Below, in pieces: positions 23,176-36,659 of a stretch of DNA of 64,000 bases. A program made the position numbers and the translations under genes. Numbering within the stretch: position 1 is the stretch's first letter; every line of letters begins with the position of its first letter. This DNA is from Ostrea edulis (lineage: Eukaryota): contig NC_079165.1 of assembly GCF_947568905.1 (NCBI RefSeq), positions 31,310,001 to 31,374,000 of the forward strand. The letters run 5' to 3'. The notes beneath the pieces are model-generated. The model was given only the letters and a program-made list of their open reading frames with translations. It was not told the DNA's origin and ran no database searches.

Positions 23176-26100
23176 TGCTTTTTACAGACAAAATGCTTCC
23201 TTGGGAAGGAATAGTTATTCGATGCAAAGACTGACTAATGGTAACATTTCAATCAAATTGCGTGAACACTTTCATCATATGAAATATTGTGTCCAGTTTT
23301 AGCATTTGAATTAAATTATTTGTTGAATTTTAGATTACGGGTCCTCGGAAAATAACCGTGAAAGGTAAGATGATTTAATAAGGTAATTATAGTAGAATTA
23401 AAGAATTCTGTTATAATGATAATAATAATAAAGCCTTTATTTATCCAGGATTACATATTTAGCGATAACGCTAGTTTTCAATATGGTCCTGCATATAACA
23501 TACATACAGACAGTTATTAGTAAAATAAACACAGATTAATAGAAGTAGAATACATATAAACTTAAGAAATAATTATGAATGTAAGATATTAAATAGGAAC
23601 AAAATGAATCTTAAAAAGTATGGTGATAATCTCTAAGATAATTTCTCTTAAAACACACAACACTTGTTGAGTTTCTTATATTTTGACTCAAGGCATTCCA
23701 CAGTGTGCTTCCTGAAATGCTCAAAGATCTTCTATAATATTCTGTTTTTGCCCTGGTTATATACAATATATTTGAATAAGAATTTCTAGTTTGCCTCTGA
23801 CTGACTTCTGATACATATTTAAAAACATTTAAATAATCTGGCATTGAACCATGTAAAACTTTATACACTAAAATGACTTTTCTATAGACAAAGTAATCTG
23901 AAAGAGGCAACCAGTTAAGTTCTGTAAACATGATATTAGATGGTGTTTCAAAATTTCTAATGTTAAGAATTACCCTTGCAGCTCGTTTTTGCAATATAAA
24001 AAGCTTATTCACATTTTCAGCATTTCTTGGATTGCTCCATATAGTACAATATGTAAAATGTGGAAAAATCATAGTATTAAAAATCTTCAGCAGCGCATCG
24101 TTTGACATAAAATATCTTATTCTTCTTAAAATGCCAATTCTCTTAATGATTTTATCGGAATGTATGAACAATGATTAAACGTTTAATAGAATGTATGAAT
24201 GTATTCCGTATATTATGAAAAATACAACTACAGAAACCTCAATCGCCCATAGGAACCATGATGTGTTGTTTTTCTTTTGCTAGGACATTGGACCTCTCTA
24301 CTGACACTTACCTGACACAACAATGCCTGATCTCACCGGAATCGCAATCACAATCACGTAAGTAGTTTGATACACGATCCTTTACCCATTCCTTGTGTTG
24401 CACTTAGTTTAGCCTTGCTGTTAAATTGACCAAATATAGAATATTCCTCTTGAACAACCCTAAAGCTCAGTTATAACCTAGAACTTCTAGATGTTGGAAT
24501 TTGTTTTATAGATTTTAATTTATTGATTGTTCACATCTTTTTTTATTTGTCCATTCGATTTCAATGAACCCGAAATAAAACACCCCACAGAGTCTTTCAT
24601 ATCTGCTTAACACTTGGATAGTTCATTAAACATACAGATGTTAACGGGAAACTAATAATCCAACTTAATGACAAATGGGATTATTTCAGATTCGCTATCG
24701 TCAATTTTCCATATTTATGAATTAATGTTTTATCATCAAGGGGAAGATAACGAACAGTGATCAATCTCATAACTCCTATAAGTAATACAAAATAGATAGT
24801 TGGGCAAACACGGACCCCTGGACACACCAAAGGTGGGATCAAGTGCCTAGGAGGAGTAAGCATCCCCTGTTGACCGGTCACACCCGCCGTGAACCCTATA
24901 TCCTGATCAAGTAAACGGAGTTATCCGCAGTCAAAATCGGTGTGCCAAGAACGGCTTAACAATCGGTATGAAACACGTCAGACAGCATTTGACCCAATGC
25001 GATATTGTATTGACGAATTAGATCGTTATAACGACGATAGAATTTGCGAAATGCTGACTTCAATCGAGACTGTTGAAACCCCTGTACCATCAACCTGTTT
25101 GTCAGTAGCTTACCTCGATTTAAAAACTGACTATACGCAGAACAAGCTCTTGCATATCGAATCAGTTCACATAAATAAACACCATATGCAGGTGATAATG
25201 GAATATTGCTACATAAATATGGGAAGTTAACGATGGTAGAAGCTTAAATCATCCCGTTTGTCATATAGTTGGGTTGTCTGTTTGCCGTTAATGTCTACTT
25301 TCAATAAAATATCTAAGTATGAAGCAGAAGTGGACGACTCTGTGGTGTCCTTTATTTCGAGCTCACAGGGATATATCAAATCGACATATGAATGAAAGCT
25401 ATTATTGTAAATAGACAAAACATCATCGATATATCTAAATGTCGAATTGAAGGCCACAGCGAGAGATTTTCAACTGCATATGGTATTTATGTCTCAACTG
25501 ATTGAATACGCAAAAGCATGTTATGCGTATGATAAGTTTTCATAACGAGACAATCTACTGACAAATAAGTTAGAGTTACAGGTGGTCCAACAGTCTTGTT
25601 TAAAGTCAGCATTTCGCTAATTCTATAGTCGTTATAACGATCTATTTAGAAATGCAACCTGTCGTGTTTTATATCAATTATTAGGCCGTTCTTTACATAC
25701 TGGTTTTGAATACGGATTACTACGTTATCCCAATCAAGATATAGAAGTCATGGCGAGTGTGACCGATCTACAAGGGGTGCTTACTTCTCTTAGGCACCTG
25801 ATCCCACCTCTGGTGTGTCCAGGATTCCGTGTTTACCCTACTCTTAATCTTGCATTCTTTATTGAAATTATGAGACTGATATTACTGTTCTTTATAAGTC
25901 CCCTACCGACGAAGTTTGCGCTCCCTCCGTCCGTCCGTCTGTCTGTCTGTCCGTCAGTCCTGAAAATCAGTTTTCCGGACTTTTTTATGGGCATGCAGAT
26001 ATTCATTTGATATTTGGTACATCGCTTTGCCATAGCAAGTTACAGATCAAGTTCGAATTTCGTCTCGGTCCGTTGATTTTTCACCCAGTTATGGTCCTTG

Positions 26101-29100
26101 AACGTAGAAAAATAGCATGAATTATCAGTTTTCTGGACTTTTTTTTATTGGTTTGCAGATATTCGTTTGATATTTGGTATATCATGATAGTCTTTGTACC
26201 TGTATAGTGGTTGATGTCCAACCATTCCTATCCTGGTTTCCTAATCTTCCCTTTTACCTTAGTCTCATAATGAGCTTCGAATATTGTTGAGGTCCAATAA
26301 GTTTTGCCTTCGGTAGGAGAGTATGTATTGCTATGCAATACTCTCTGAATGCTTGTTTTCACTTTTTATTCCATTGTCATGATAGTGTCAAAAGAAAATT
26401 CAAACTGTATTTGTGCAAGATGATTAAAAAGTTGAAAAGGGGGTGTATTTGTTTGGTCGGTATGTCGGTCGGTAGACCAAGTATTTTCCGCTCAATCTCT
26501 TTCGAACCCTTTGCTGAACTGACATTGAACTTAAAATTCTTGTTCTATCTAGGGAGTAGAGATCACAAAGTCAAACGTCAAGGGTCAATCTACTCTGGAC
26601 ATAGGAAGATATTGTCCGGTTGGTACAATACATGTAGTTCCCCCTAAAAAGTAGATGCCCTTGTTGATTTTGATGTCAGAAGGTCAAGGGTCAAACTGGA
26701 TACAGTAAGATAGTGTCCAATACCCTTTACGTGACAGGTTCAATCTAAGAAGTAGATGGCCCTTATTGATTTTCAGATCCATGGATCAAAAAGCAAGATA
26801 TTGCTTGCTCAGTATCAGAACCCTTTACTTGGCAGCCAGCAAACTTGTTAGACTGGTACCCCATTTGCTGTCAAGTTGCAAGGACAAAAGCAATGACTCA
26901 AATGGTTGGTTATCTGCTCATTATCTTGAGAGGTCAAACTCAGTATTGTGGTTGCTCCTCTTTTGATTAGTAGGTAAACCTATCTTTCACTATCATACAG
27001 GCACTGTTCATTCTTTACAATATTGCCACATATATGTTCCTAACATATTTCTTGTTTATTTTAGATATTGTCCAAGCTATATATACATATTAAAAACAAG
27101 AGATATAGAATACGTCCCCAGCACCCCTTGCTTGTCGTAAGAGGCGACTAAATGAAGCGGTCCTGCGGATGAGACCGCAAAAACCGAGACCCCGTGTCAC
27201 AGCAGGTGTGGCACGATGGAGATCCCTCCCTGCTCAAATAGCGTAAGCGCCGAGCATAGCCGTAAATTTGCAGCCCTTCACCGGAATGGTGAAGTCTTCA
27301 TATGAATGAAATGTTTTCGAGTGGGACGTTAAACAATATACAATCATTTATTTGAAAAGGATGGGTTTCATCTCATATAAATGTCTAATAATATAACGTG
27401 TTCTCCACAAACATAACTCCAGGATGTTACCTCGAAACACAATGTAGATTCTAGATATGAATAAGGAAGTAGCATTATAATCAATAATCTACAAATCAAT
27501 AACTGACTATGCTGTTACATTTTGTAGCCTCGTGTCAATCAAAGTAAGTGATCATTTACTTATATGTGTATTCCACTTCTCATTTGAATATTTCTAATCT
27601 GTTCAATTTCTATGACAAACTTAGCTTTTGTTTCTATCGTAAATTGTAATGCCCAACTCTATCAGCAGTTAAAAGCAGTATACCTTCTACTTTGCGTAAG
27701 GAGGAATGCTACACCAGATGAAAGCGGAGGATATGTAAAACTAAATTGAAAACTTTCAAATTCACTTTATCTAGTCAAAAATGCAGTTTTAGTAGAAAGT
27801 AATCTAAAAAAAAAAGTTAAAACTCCTGCTGGAATCGAACCCGCGATCAATCGACACGATGAGCTACTCAACTAGGTATTTCAATCGAAAAAGAATAGAC
27901 AAATATTGCTGATGTCTATATTTTCAGCCATATTTTAAAAGGAAGTCAGCCATTATGACGATGTAGTACGCCTCCTTAACTATATAATATTTTTCTGTTT
28001 CTTTCTACAATCAAATCGTCAGAGACTTTGCTTGTAAAATGTTTGATATAATCAGTCTATATGTAATTGGTTACTATGGCAAACTCAAAACGGTTTTAGA
28101 AATCCCTTGATTGACAAACATCTATTTTAAGTAGTGAGTAAATTCCAGGTTTGTGGTATTGATGATGCATATTAAATATCATGGGGAATTCTTAAAATCG
28201 AACTTCGCAGCCGGGATGTCCAAAATTAGATTCTCCTTCCAGAACACAATTGCAGATTAGATATTCTTTACTTCTCTTCTGTAATGATTCGATTGCCGTC
28301 ATGTCAAAATAAGTTTGGAAATCTGATTTTGCAAAATGAGAAGATACCCTCTCTTTCTCTCTCGTTCTCTCCCTCTCATATGCGAAAAAGTTCAATCCTG
28401 GCGTCAAAACTTAAGATCTTTATCATGTGCAGTTATTGTTCATTAGCCAAGGGCCTGGCACTTGAAGTAAAAGTCACGGGGTTTCCTATATATGTCACGG
28501 TAGGCGTTTGCTCGAGAAAGAACCCTCACGTCTACGGTTTTTTGGCCCTTCACCTAAATGTTGTGAAGTCTAATTCTCGAAAGGGACCTCAAATAACATT
28601 CAAAAATATTGAAATTTGCATGCTTTTGTGTGATGTGCAGTCACTTCCTGTGTGAAAAAAAGAAGGCTTTCCCAGTCTTTGGGTTCAAATACCTCAAAAT
28701 CAATGGGTTTTTTTATTCGCTGTCAAATTTGCACATCTCGTGTCCGTTGATCTTTCTCTGACATTTCATTGTCGCTCTTCTGATTCATAGGCTACAATGG
28801 GCGAGCAAAATGTGTTGTCGTTGTTTTAAACTTTCCATATTTTCAACTTCTCCTAAATCACTGGAATATTTTCAACCATATTTAGCACAAAGTACCCGTT
28901 AAGGACAATCGAGGTTGTTAACACAAAAAGATGACTGTGAAATAGGATGATGTGGTTAAAAATACCTTGTTTTCAAAATAATATAGTCTACGTTTATTTA
29001 TTTTAATATACGTAGCTTTAACAGTTATCAACAATTTTTAATGAATTTATCGGATTGGATTTAAATTCACAGCGTTATATATACATGTATGAAGACTCCG

Positions 29101-29720
29101 CCTCTTTTTTAAATGAGATTTTATCATATATTCTCTGTAATATTCCACATACTATGTTACCTTATAGTAAATTTTGTTGAGTGTTAAGGATGATTTATAT
29201 CATTCGTATTAATTTGGTTCATTTAATTTCATTTTTTATTACTTTCTATTTACGTAATTTCATTAACGTGTTCCCCAAACAAAATTTGTTTTTCACTCTG
29301 TTTCTTCTTATTTTTATTCTCAATATGTTGTATGGTGTGGCAGATTAGACAAGTGAAGACCCTTGCTATACGACTTCAAACATTAATGGAAACATTATGA
29401 AATTTGTTATGTTGGTATTTGATACAAATGCCTGTTGAATGACATCACCAAATCAGTTAAGTCATTTATGTGCGCGTGCATGCACGTGCATAATTTTCAT
29501 TTAATTTCAGGTACTAAAATGGCCGCTACTTTCTGATAAAAGACTCGAATAAAATGAAATTTTCTCTATATGTTTATGATATTATTGCCTAATAAGTGGT
29601 GTAAACAAAATTTACTAAAGCAAATTTGCATGAGGGTGATTGTGCGTACATTGCAACTTTTCACATCTAAAATCGTACCGCCGCGGTGGTCTAGAGGTTA
29701 GAGCGTTGCGGGAGGCCGGG

Positions 29721-29753
<33 letters not shown>

Positions 29754-29926
29754 TAAAACAGGAAGTGACAGTTCCATCGCCAAACGCTCGGCATCAGGTG
29801 TGAATGTCACGGGTCCTCGGAGATGACCTTAAAAACGGATGCCCTGTGTCGCAGTAGGCGTGGTTCACTGCTTAAAGGCCGTAAGTGCCGAGCAAAGGCC
29901 TAAGTTTTGAAGCTCTTCACCAGTCT

Positions 29927-29958
<32 letters not shown>

Positions 29959-32608
29959 TCGAGAGATGTTAAAGGGAAAAGGCAACCCAAAAGATTTTTA
30001 CATGATAAATGAAAGGATTAATCATACGATAAAGATTTGTCATATAATTCTGTTGATACATGTATATGGCCTTGATAAGCTTCAGTACTAATTTGAAAAC
30101 GTCAAAAATTGAAATTCCCGCGATCTATAGAGGTTGCCATGATGTGTAATTCTTTTGTATTCAAAACCACAAAAATCAATAACTTTGACGTCACACCGTC
30201 TGTTCCGGTTTTGATGAGATTCTAAGATCATCCACAAGTGCTTAGGTTCATGACCCCACCCCTCACCCCCTCGAATAAGCTACATGAGTTGATTTAATAA
30301 TTTTTTCTTGAAAACATTTCTAGTGCATGTCAACAACATCTTGCATACCCATAAAATCCAAAGTAATTCAAAATAAGCCCTTTAAGAAAATACCCACACT
30401 GGTTATTATAACAGAACTTATAATAACCAGTGAGGGTATTTTTTTTAAAGGGCTTATTTTGAATTACATGTATTTTGGACTTTATGGGTATGCAAGACGT
30501 TGACATACATTAAAAATATTTTCAACAAAAAAATTAATTAAATTAACTCATGGGGGGGAGGAGGGGGTACTGAACCCAAGCACCTGTGAGATCATCAAAG
30601 ATGTACATGCGGTAGATCTTACGAATAAATAGGTTGGTGCCTTCCTGGCAAGCAGTTAATTAAACTAATGCAAAGTTTGTTAGTTTTTCTTTTTCTTCGA
30701 AATTCCCGACCCAACCAAGTCATTTGAAAAGAAAAGACTATGTAAACTATGGACCCATCATTTGCGTAATTACAAGTTGAGGTTCAAGCCATTTGTATGA
30801 AGAACGTTTACCGTCTGCCTTGTCTGAGACTCGAATGGCCACTCTCTTAGCGGCGGGTAATTTAAAATACATGATAGATTAATATTGATTTAATTGTTAA
30901 GCAAGGATTTTTGTAGTTAAAGACTGTCAATTACGGTATCAGTAAGTGATACTTTATTCATAAAAACAAATATGTGGTTAGGGTTGCCTTTCCCTTTAAG
31001 CAACAATTAATCAATTACATCTAAAATCAAGTATTGTTCTATTTCCTTTTTAGATTTCAATCAAATGTTCTAAAATTTATTTTGCATATATATTTGTACA
31101 CTCTCTACTGAATGCATACTTCAAAATTACTTCTACACGTGCGCAAGCACGCCCGTTCAGTTTTGATTGGCTAATTATCTAAATACCTATAATTTCTATA
31201 TGTACAATTTTACATTTTTCAACTTGCCTATATTCTCGAAAATAGTTGTACTCGTACTAGAAAAAAAGTCTGTATCATATGATATCATTTCATAGTCTGT
31301 ATGACTGAAATCTCTTTAATGTTCATCACAGTGTGGATGCGAATGAATATGCAAGTGTTGACGATCATACTGTTATGAAGATGGCTGCTCAACGAAATCA
31401 CAGTAATGTTGTTTTTTGTCCTCTCTTCTTTTTCTTTTGTTTATGAACTCGAAAAATAGCAAAAGTAAAGTATGTCATTATTCATATACCAATGTATGCT
31501 ATTTTACTGTATTTCAGATGTTGGAACATTCCAGTTAAATGGGTACTTAATTCTTTGTATTTGCACAATAAAACTTAGTTACAGCGAACTCCTAGAAATC
31601 TGATAAATTTCTATGCTATTCCGTAATTCGATTTACAATTTATATCGAAGGGAGCATGGGAAGAGAACTTCATAACGTATGAATTTATCGTTGGTTTTTT
31701 TTTTTTGGGGGGGGGGGGTTCTTTTGGAAGGAGGTCATAGTAAATCCTGACTTTATTTCCAAATGATTTTCATAAACGCAAAATAGCTCAATGATTTACA
31801 ACAGGATGGTGAAAATTATATTATATTGTACAGTGATAAACCAATGAGCACTGGCAGTGTGCCAAGCCTCCCATCCCGGGCAACTCATAACGCTAATCAA
31901 ACCATGGTAACTCCTGACACCACCCCAGGAAATGAGTGCATGGCGATGGGGAAGAGAGCAGGTAAAGTTTCCTTGACGAATGAAATAAGATTTCCAGGTG
32001 CATCTTAAAAACGACAAACTGTCAAAACATAGTACTACTATCAATGATGTTAATGATTTATGGGTAATGCTCTTCTTTTGTACAGGTATCCCGAAGTCAC
32101 ATATGTCTCCAAGGTAAAGATCTTTAAGATGGGCTTTCCGTAGAATGTTTTAAAAGTACAAGTTTACCCAAGAGCGATAGAGAGATAGAACGAGAAAGAG
32201 GTATATAATTAAATACTATATTTTGTCAATCCAGCTTGCTGCTTAAACTTCCCAACCAACCCGTCAGCGAAGACTGTGATATCACTCACTACGTCTCTAT
32301 AAATGATGAAGATGGTACGTTGAACCCTGTTTTAGAAACTAAATGATAATTGAAACAAGCATTCATTATATTCTAGATGTCTTCATAATAAAGTGATTAG
32401 TCTTTGATACGAACTGTGGAGGCAGGAATTCTAGCAGACGAATCTGACATAAAGCATGACGTCAGAAAACTTCCCCTGAAATATGAGGCCAATTTTTCTT
32501 TTTTGATACTTACTATTTTTCATACTCTTAGAAGATAAGAAAAGTCCGGAAGTTCAGAATGGTGGCCACGGTGAAGATAAACATCCCAAAAAGTACATTC
32601 GGAAGTGA
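18145..32608 (+). CDS. IgSF type-I membrane receptor: signal peptide, 4 Ig-like domains, FN3, TM, cytoplasmic tyrosine motifs
   Basis: Phase-compatible GT-AG exons: 18145-18196, 18562-18879, 19637-19906, 20062-20276, 20356-20461, 20573-20893, 20985-21287, 21561-~21674 (TM). Probable cytoplasmic exons: 21781-21805, 23334-23364, 24284-24357, 31332-31402, 31518-31542, 31805-31961, 32086-32113, 32235-32314, 32532-32608. Some cytoplasmic phase joins are unresolved, so more micro-exons are likely. Confidence 0.8.
18375..18470 (+). mobile_element. Penelope-like (Naiad-type) 3' terminal fragment in intron 1
   Basis: Family 3' end sequence. Confidence 0.75.
18562..18879 (+). CDS. IgSF receptor exon, Ig-like domain 1
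   Basis: 318 bp, phase 1-1; YFNC...IWRC. Confidence 0.85.
19637..19906 (+). CDS. IgSF receptor exon, Ig domain 2
   Basis: 270 bp, phase 1-1; IPC..TW..LSLQNVSRSAAGNYTC. Confidence 0.9.
20062..20461 (+). CDS. IgSF receptor exons 20062-20276 and 20356-20461, Ig domain 3
   Basis: LAC..YWQHW joined to VSYNDTGRYMC across a phase-0 intron. Confidence 0.9.
20573..20893 (+). CDS. IgSF receptor exon, Cys-less Ig-like domain 4
   Basis: 321 bp, phase 1-1; VGHPEV...YQLIAENSMG. Confidence 0.85.
20985..21287 (+). CDS. IgSF receptor exon, FN3 domain
   Basis: 303 bp, phase 1-1; PSKP..LEW..Y..LTNL..TTNVVG. Confidence 0.85.
21561..21674 (+). CDS. IgSF receptor transmembrane exon
   Basis: TLIPVVVGCVGLPSILVFILIAW followed by NRRK stop-transfer residues. 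Confidence 0.85.
21876..22381 (+). mobile_element. Penelope-like (Naiad-type) RT C-terminus and 3' UTR (intronic)
   Basis: Same family as 15601-16113. Confidence 0.85.
23128..23171. repeat. (TA)n microsatellite
   Basis: Direct inspection. Confidence 0.95.
23415..24180 (-). mobile_element. L2/Crack-like LINE 3' fragment
   Basis: ORF 23611-24171 with LQKRAARVIL, LNWLPL and LWNAL motifs; (TTA)n tail near 23420. Confidence 0.85.
24636..25875. mobile_element. Cluster of Penelope-like fragments: 24636-24735 (+), 24741-25458 (-), 25470-25875 (+)
   Basis: ORF 25227-25457 FRYIDDVLS...SASYLDILL...LYDKRDD; alternating orientations. Confidence 0.85.
25876..26175 (+). mobile_element. Helentron/HINE-like non-autonomous element with (TCCG/TCTG)n tract
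   Basis: ttttataagtcccctaccgacgaa start, internal microsatellite, repeated atcagttttc.ggacttttt core. Confidence 0.55.
27117..27346 (+). mobile_element. Meta-domain-like SINE (head missing)
   Basis: aaaaccgag.cccgtgt...ggcacgat...ccct..ctgctcaa core; homologous to 43492-43752. Confidence 0.75.
29677..29972 (+). mobile_element. tRNA-derived Meta-domain-like SINE; tail displaced to ~31000-31020 by an insertion
   Basis: A box (gtggtctagagg), B box (ggttcgaatcc), shared 3' region ggtgacgtctccatatgagtgaaaaattctc. Confidence 0.8.
29973..30995. mobile_element. Kolobok-like MITE with TTAA TSD
   Basis: TTAA at 29969-29972 and 30996-30999; TIRs agggaaaaggcaaccc / gggttgcctttccct. Confidence 0.8.
30231..30588. 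repeat. Long foldback palindrome, ~175-bp arms with an 8-nt loop at 30411-30418
   Basis: tacccacactggttattata-acagaact-tataataaccagtgagggta, with symmetry extending outward. Confidence 0.85.
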
Positions 32609-32722
32609 CTTCTTGTTTCCGTTGGTTTATCAGCTCGGCAAATAAAGTACTGGGAAGCGCCAGGCTTAGTCTGAAAGTAAATGAAATTTGAATATTGATG
32701 TCGAAGAATTTGTATGGTTAAT

Positions 32723-32875
32723 CATAGGCGTAGCTTGGGTTCGAATATTACCGAGGCAGGGGGTCTGGGGGCTGCGCCCCCCATAAGCTATCGACATTTT
32801 AACAACGTAAAAGGTGGTGTGTTTTTTTTTACCGAGGCAGCTGCCTCGGTTGCCTCAATCGAAGCTACGCCACTG
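32723..32875. mobile_element. Short MITE with CA..TG ends and 5-bp TSD
   Basis: TIRs cataggcgtagctt / aagctacgccactg; ttaat on both sides. Confidence 0.7.
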
Positions 32876-33742
32876 TTAATGAGAAGTTAAAGAAATGTGT
32901 CATAATACTTGCATTTGACAATATCAGATTTCAATGTGCTTCGTCAGTCAGTAAAAGGTTTTTTTCTGTATTGTAAACCCGATCGTATTTTATTTTCTGA
33001 AACATACCCATCATCTGTGAAATTATTTGTATATATAACACATTTCAACAATGGAGCTGCGTATACTAGTTTCGTTACATTAACCATTTGCATGCAAATA
33101 AAGCTCATGTTGTTTAGATATTTTACACATTAGATATACCAATTTTTACAGATTATTCCTCACTTGTGATTTGTTGTTATGACATGCAGACTCGTTGATT
33201 TTTTTTTTAATGTTATCTACACTCAAGGTCTTCACTTTTAAATTTCACTATATTACAAATTTCATATTTTAAAAACTTCACCAAAACTTGATCATTAATA
33301 TTATCATTATGAACTTTTTTAAAACATATGCAGAATTCACTCAAGATTCATGACAATTGTTACTTTTAGTGTTATTTTTTAGAATATTTTTTGTGGATCG
33401 ATTTATCAATTACGGGGTAGATTTTTTTAAATGCTAATTAATATGAAATATGTAAGTTCAAATAAAGTTTTTACATGATTATCCTAATAAGTGTTAAAAA
33501 CTGTAACACATACAGGAAAAATAACAAAAACAGGTTTAAATCTAGGTGATTATACAATATCTGTGGAAATTTTTACAGTAGAAATAGTTTTATCAGTGGT
33601 TTAAAAATTGTATTATTCAATGAATTATTTAGTGAAAAATCAACAGTGCAGATATACTTTTGATCCTTGAGTGTATTAATGAAACACTGGTTCAAAACAG
33701 CATGACCCTTCAACTTTACCACAATGCACGTAATAAATCCTG

Positions 33743-33983
33743 GGCTGGGGGTTATATAACTTTTTGAGCACATTTTCATACTCAAACCTGAATCCGTGCA
33801 CTACAATGTACTGGTACTCAAAAGTGAAGATTATAAATATTAAACTTAAAATTATTCTCGAACTCAAATGGAGTACATGTTCAACATTTTTCGAGTATGC
33901 TTTGAGCTTGCTCAGAGTTGTACTCAATAAAAATACGGCTGAGTTTGAGTATGAGTAGGGTAAAAGTTTTATAACCTCCAGGC
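33743..33983. mobile_element. MITE with CTG TSD (PIF/Harbinger-like)
   Basis: ctg|ggctggggttatataactt ... aagttttataacctccaggc|ctg. Confidence 0.6.
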
Positions 33984-36659
33984 CTGGTTTTGCCACTTAT
34001 TCTTTGTAACGCACCATATAAGAGAAACTACACATTCACATGAAATTTTAAATATTTCTCCATTGATCATCAACATAACAATAATTTGAAAACTCAGTTA
34101 TGTATACATAGTGCCTCGGGAAATTGATTTTCATTTGAATATTGGCATACTAAATTAATGTGTTAGAGTTACGTCATTTTCTGGAATTCTTTGTTGTTTC
34201 CCAAAGAGTTCTAAAGAGTACCTCTGACTTTTTTCCTAAATAATACCCAATTATCTGAAAATTATAATGATTTTTAGTTATGTTTCGTGAACTCGGGAAA
34301 TCACACTGTATTTCAATTCTCAGAAGATTCTCAATTGCATCGCATTAAATTCCAAAGAATTATATTCGTAAAAAGATTCTCAGTTCAGTCTTACTTCTGA
34401 CAAGTGTATCTCATTTTTTCAAAAGATTCTCTGTTATGCCTGAATTCTAGAGCAGTTGTGAACAATAATTTAGAAAAGTTCCTACAACAGGCTACAAAGT
34501 TACGATCTTCATGTAATTTAAGAATTCTGTACTTGCTACGACATTATTCACGTGTATTGTTATGTGTATGTTGAAATGCATTGATTTTATATCCTCAAAA
34601 TTGTATCTGTATGCCTACTCACCCTCTACGGTCTTATTTGTATATATTTGTAAATATTTTGTATTTATGAGCTGTATAGCTTAAGGAAATAAAGAATCTG
34701 AATCTGTGCAGTTATCGAAAGAGAGGAAGAGTTTTCGAGAAGCTACATCCAGTATTCTAATTTCAACACGCATGAGTGAGTTCAGGGTATAGAAATACGT
34801 CTAGTATAGACTAGTTACGTAGTTACCGATACAAGTTGTGATAACGTTAGCTTTATTAATAGCAGCCGGTGATATGATCAAATCAAGAGGAAAGTGTTTG
34901 AAATAAATCCTTAAATTAAATTTGTTAGTGTAAGTTATTTCCTTTTCGACACAATCAATACTTTTAACCAAAAAATGGAGAATAAATACTCATATAGACT
35001 TACTAAGTGTGTGCTTTCCCGCCGTTCGGGTGGGTGTATAGCAGCTTGTAGACACCCTTATGACAATGAAATCTGTACTCACCGCGTGTGTACGTAAATA
35101 TATCGTACGTAAGGGTTCATCGAAGGGTAACAATTATTGAACAACTCAGAAAGTTAGTATTGTGTCACCGATTTCCAGCAATTGTTGGTTAAGGAAATCA
35201 ACAGAATCAACATTTCTTTTTTAACTTAATCATTTACATACTATTGTAAATACGGGTTGGTTTTGTTTTTTTTTTTTTTTTATTATTATTATTATTATTG
35301 TTTGGGGGGGGGGTTTTGTTGGTTTTTTGTTTTCTTTTTGTTTTTGTTTTTTTATTGGTCAGATAAATTCTCTTTATTTATCGTAATTGCAGTCGGTTGC
35401 GGAATATACGTGTTGTCATGTACTGCTATTGATATCATAGATAGGGATAAACGGAGCATAACTTGAAATTGAATTGGAAAATAAAGAAATTATTAACTTA
35501 ATCTTGTCGCCGTTGTGAACTTTGATTAAAGATGGAACAACGAAAATAATTAAATTCTGTGTTAGAACTAAACTGAGGCAAAAAAAAAAGAAAAAAAGGG
35601 AAAGTGTATCTATCCAGTAGTTTAAAAATGACATCATTATCTCTACGGAAAAGGAAGACTGATGATAATGGGATCTATTTAAGGCATAACCTCGCGGGAG
35701 TTCTTAGGTTGACCTTGCATTTCTAATGTACACTGTAATTTATCCATCCAGATCAATGCTAATGATTTACATACATGTTTAAATAGAAGTATTGTGTGTA
35801 TACATAATGTGTAAGTGTTTTCATGACTGTACACCAACCTCTCTCCTATTTGGCCAATTGAAACAACAATTTATCAATAATTTGAATATACTTGTGCATA
35901 TATAAATGTGAAAAAAATATAGTATTCCTTTGTAATGTTACAATAGGAAGGGAAGACTTACTTGCGCAAATTAAATGTTTTTATCAACCTAACCGGTTTC
36001 ACAGTGGAAATGTTTTGGACAAAAATATTTGGAACCTTTTAAATTTGTTTGGATATTTTATGTGCATGCTGCTCATTTTCATTTTTAGTTTTGTAGTCAA
36101 TGTTTTTATTTGAAATAAAGGTATTTGATAATAACCGTCCTTATTTGTTTCAATTTTTGTCCACCCATCCGTTTGTCGCTGTGGTTAGTAAACGTTAATT
36201 AAGTTACTGCGTACACATTCACCATACATACTTTGTACAAGTGGTGATGCTTTTTGGATTGATTGAAATTCCAATATGACCACCATGAATATTGTATGGC
36301 TGAGACAAAACCATAAAATCAGTCACGATTAAGGAAGTTGTTTCGTTCTGATGAAATATTTACTTCAATAGGCATTGGCCATGCAAGGTAACTCCACCCT
36401 TATGTGACATATGTTTTTGCAAAATCTTTATTTAAATCAAACTTCTTGCACGTTAAAATATATCCTTTAGAGGAATTTTATTCACTGGGTAAAGTAATAA
36501 AAAAAAAATGGTAAAGTATTCGATACCGAAAAAAGTTATATTTTCGTTAATAATCAATTATCTCTATCAAAACAAGACTATCAGTAAAACTGATGGACAC
36601 TTTCCGAACTGCATATCTAACCAATAGACCACTTCATACATTGTATGACGAATGACTCG

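Noticed and set aside
35057-35466. Possible two-exon small secreted peptide (MTMKSVLTACVL / GCGIYVLSCTAIDIIDRDKRSIT)
   Set aside because: Only about 35 aa, with no recognisable family and modest splice signals; it would need RNA-seq support.
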